Below are positions 62,701 to 64,000 of a stretch of 64,000 nucleotides of DNA, in pieces (the stretch's first letter is position 1; every line of letters begins with the position of its first letter). Position numbers and translations under genes: made by a program. Below the pieces are notes generated by a model that saw only the letters and a program-made list of their open reading frames with translations, was not told the origin of the DNA and did not search any database. Source of the stretch: Ylistrum balloti (taxonomy: Eukaryota); assembly GCF_031769215.1 (NCBI RefSeq), contig NW_026781901.1:2232001-2296000 (forward strand). Direction: 5' to 3'.

Positions 62701-63635
62701 CAGTCATGTCCTTTATATGAATGAGAGGATTAAAATGTCATGATATGTTGTATGTATAATATCAGGCACATCATTGTACAATAAGAAATTACCTTTCATT
62801 GAATCTGGTAAATCTGTGACCAGGTAGCCATTCAGTTTTTTATATACACTGATGTATTTTTCCAAAGTCATGTGCCACATGGTTCCATTCTCTCTATCTT
62901 CCTTCTTATTACTCTCAACTTCCACTGGCACATGGCCGAAGATATCACTGAAACCAAACATCCAAGTCAATTTACTATAAAAACATATACATTGTATGAA
63001 TTAAGAGCAACTGTGTATCCTAGCTAGCAGTAATATGGCTACATTGTGTATACTTGTGACTATAAGAGCTAGTGTAAAACTTATACATTGTAAATGTCTG
63101 GCAAACATTTTTACAATGATTAAACTTTCCCTATAATCTATATATGTCTGTACACATGGATAAATGGATATCAATCGATAGTTAAGGCAAGCACCTCAGT
63201 TAATCCTTGTGAGTAAGTACCAATTAGGACAACCCTTAAATATCAACACTACAGAATGAACCAACTATATATACCATAGTAAGTGATAGCTACCCGAGGA
63301 AAAAGTTAATATACATTAAATGAAGCATTACAAATCATTGGTCAACTCTTCATCAAAACCAAATGACTTTACCTTAAATAAGCATCTGTCCATTTCTGAA
63401 AAGCAGGAATATCATTGTTCAGCAGGACTTTCCTCATTACCAAAGGCTGTGACTTCTTTACGAATTCATCATAGAATACCCATGGGGATGGAAACTTGCC
63501 CATCATTGGTATCCCTGTCTCTGGAGGCATGTGGCTCCCTAGGGGCAGTAGATGGCCTGGAGGGTATCCATCTCCATGAACTGGCAGTACCAGATTTGAC
63601 CAAATAAAACACAACACCAGGAGTGATCTCGTCAT
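56443..63635 (-). CDS. Signal-peptide JmjC/cupin-8 2-oxoglutarate/Fe(II) oxygenase with EF-hand, acidic tail and C-terminal HEEL (491 aa)
   Basis: Exons 63635-63373, 62947-62793, 61205-61036, 59251-59091, 58541-58374, 57596-57494 and 56898-56443, with phases 2,1,0,2,2,0; 1476 nt in total. Signal peptide MTRSLLVLCFIWSNLVLPVHG; JmjC motifs WFSSGGTKSHLHNDGLDNINCVLDGTK, GDCLFIPFRWFHHVHS and RNLALNFW; EF loop DEDKNDLLEWPE; the protein ends KHEEL*. Confidence 0.88.
57760..58080. repeat. 39-bp minisatellite, ~8 copies, JmjC gene intron 5
   Basis: Unit GTGAGCCCCAATCAGTAACAAAGGTATTTCTTTACAATA; period 39 (57816 to 57855). Confidence 0.92.
59731..60295. repeat. 60-bp minisatellite (~7 copies) interrupted by a ~163-bp insertion at 60008-60170
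   Basis: Unit TCATCTGTCCGTTTGTCAGAACTATGGAGTTCTCTCTATAACTTCATTATAACCTGTCCG at 59731, 59791, 59851, 59911 and 59971, resuming at ~60171. Confidence 0.88.
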
Positions 63636-64000
63636 CTCGAAGCTCAGATGTATCTGTGAACCTGTAAGTAATGAAGATAATGATTTACAGACTACTATCT
63701 ACATACAACTTTTAGCTGTTTAGCCTTTTTACCAATTAGGCCAAAAGTAAACAGTGGGCTAAACTTTGATACTGAATCATAAATATAAGTTTCCTATCTT
63801 TAGGATGTATTTAACACTGGTTAAAATGTACAATTTTATGTGATGGATAACAAAACCTGAGGGAATGTTCCTTCATTTTACAGTAATCTTTCATACCGGA
63901 CTGTAGCAATCTTTTACACCTGACTAGCAATCTTTTACACCTGACTAGCAATCTTTTACATTGACTGGAAACACCTGACTTCTTTTCACAAATGATAAGG

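Overview
This is AT-rich, intron-containing eukaryotic DNA from an invertebrate animal. A bivalve mollusc is the likely source, inferred from the repeat families, dense intronic minisatellites and gene content. Seven multi-exon genes were reconstructed by hand, each with GT-AG introns and consistent phases: claudin/PMP22-like A (-), a secreted six-Cys lipocalin (+), claudin/PMP22-like B (+), PEX11 (+), TM6SF1-like (-), JTB (-), and a signal-peptide JmjC/cupin-8 protein with an EF-hand, acidic tail and HEEL terminus (-). The window also holds a dead mariner, a dead Tc1, SINE-like and non-autonomous interspersed repeats, about 20 tandem arrays and one 285-N gap. The most striking pattern is that many minisatellites are amplified copies of exon-intron junctions, creating stacks of decoy splice donors or acceptors (about 30 in one TM6SF intron, 11 in the lipocalin). 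Wherever readthrough was checked, only the original site gives an open frame. Other leads are the putative ER-lumenal JmjC oxygenase, the RBP4-like cysteine pattern of the lipocalin, PEX11-TM6SF-JTB linkage matching a vertebrate paralogon, and a CpG-retained versus CpG-depleted split. There are no prokaryotic features, CRISPR arrays or rRNA genes. Exon coordinates were read by eye, repeat boundaries are approximate, and no database searches were run.
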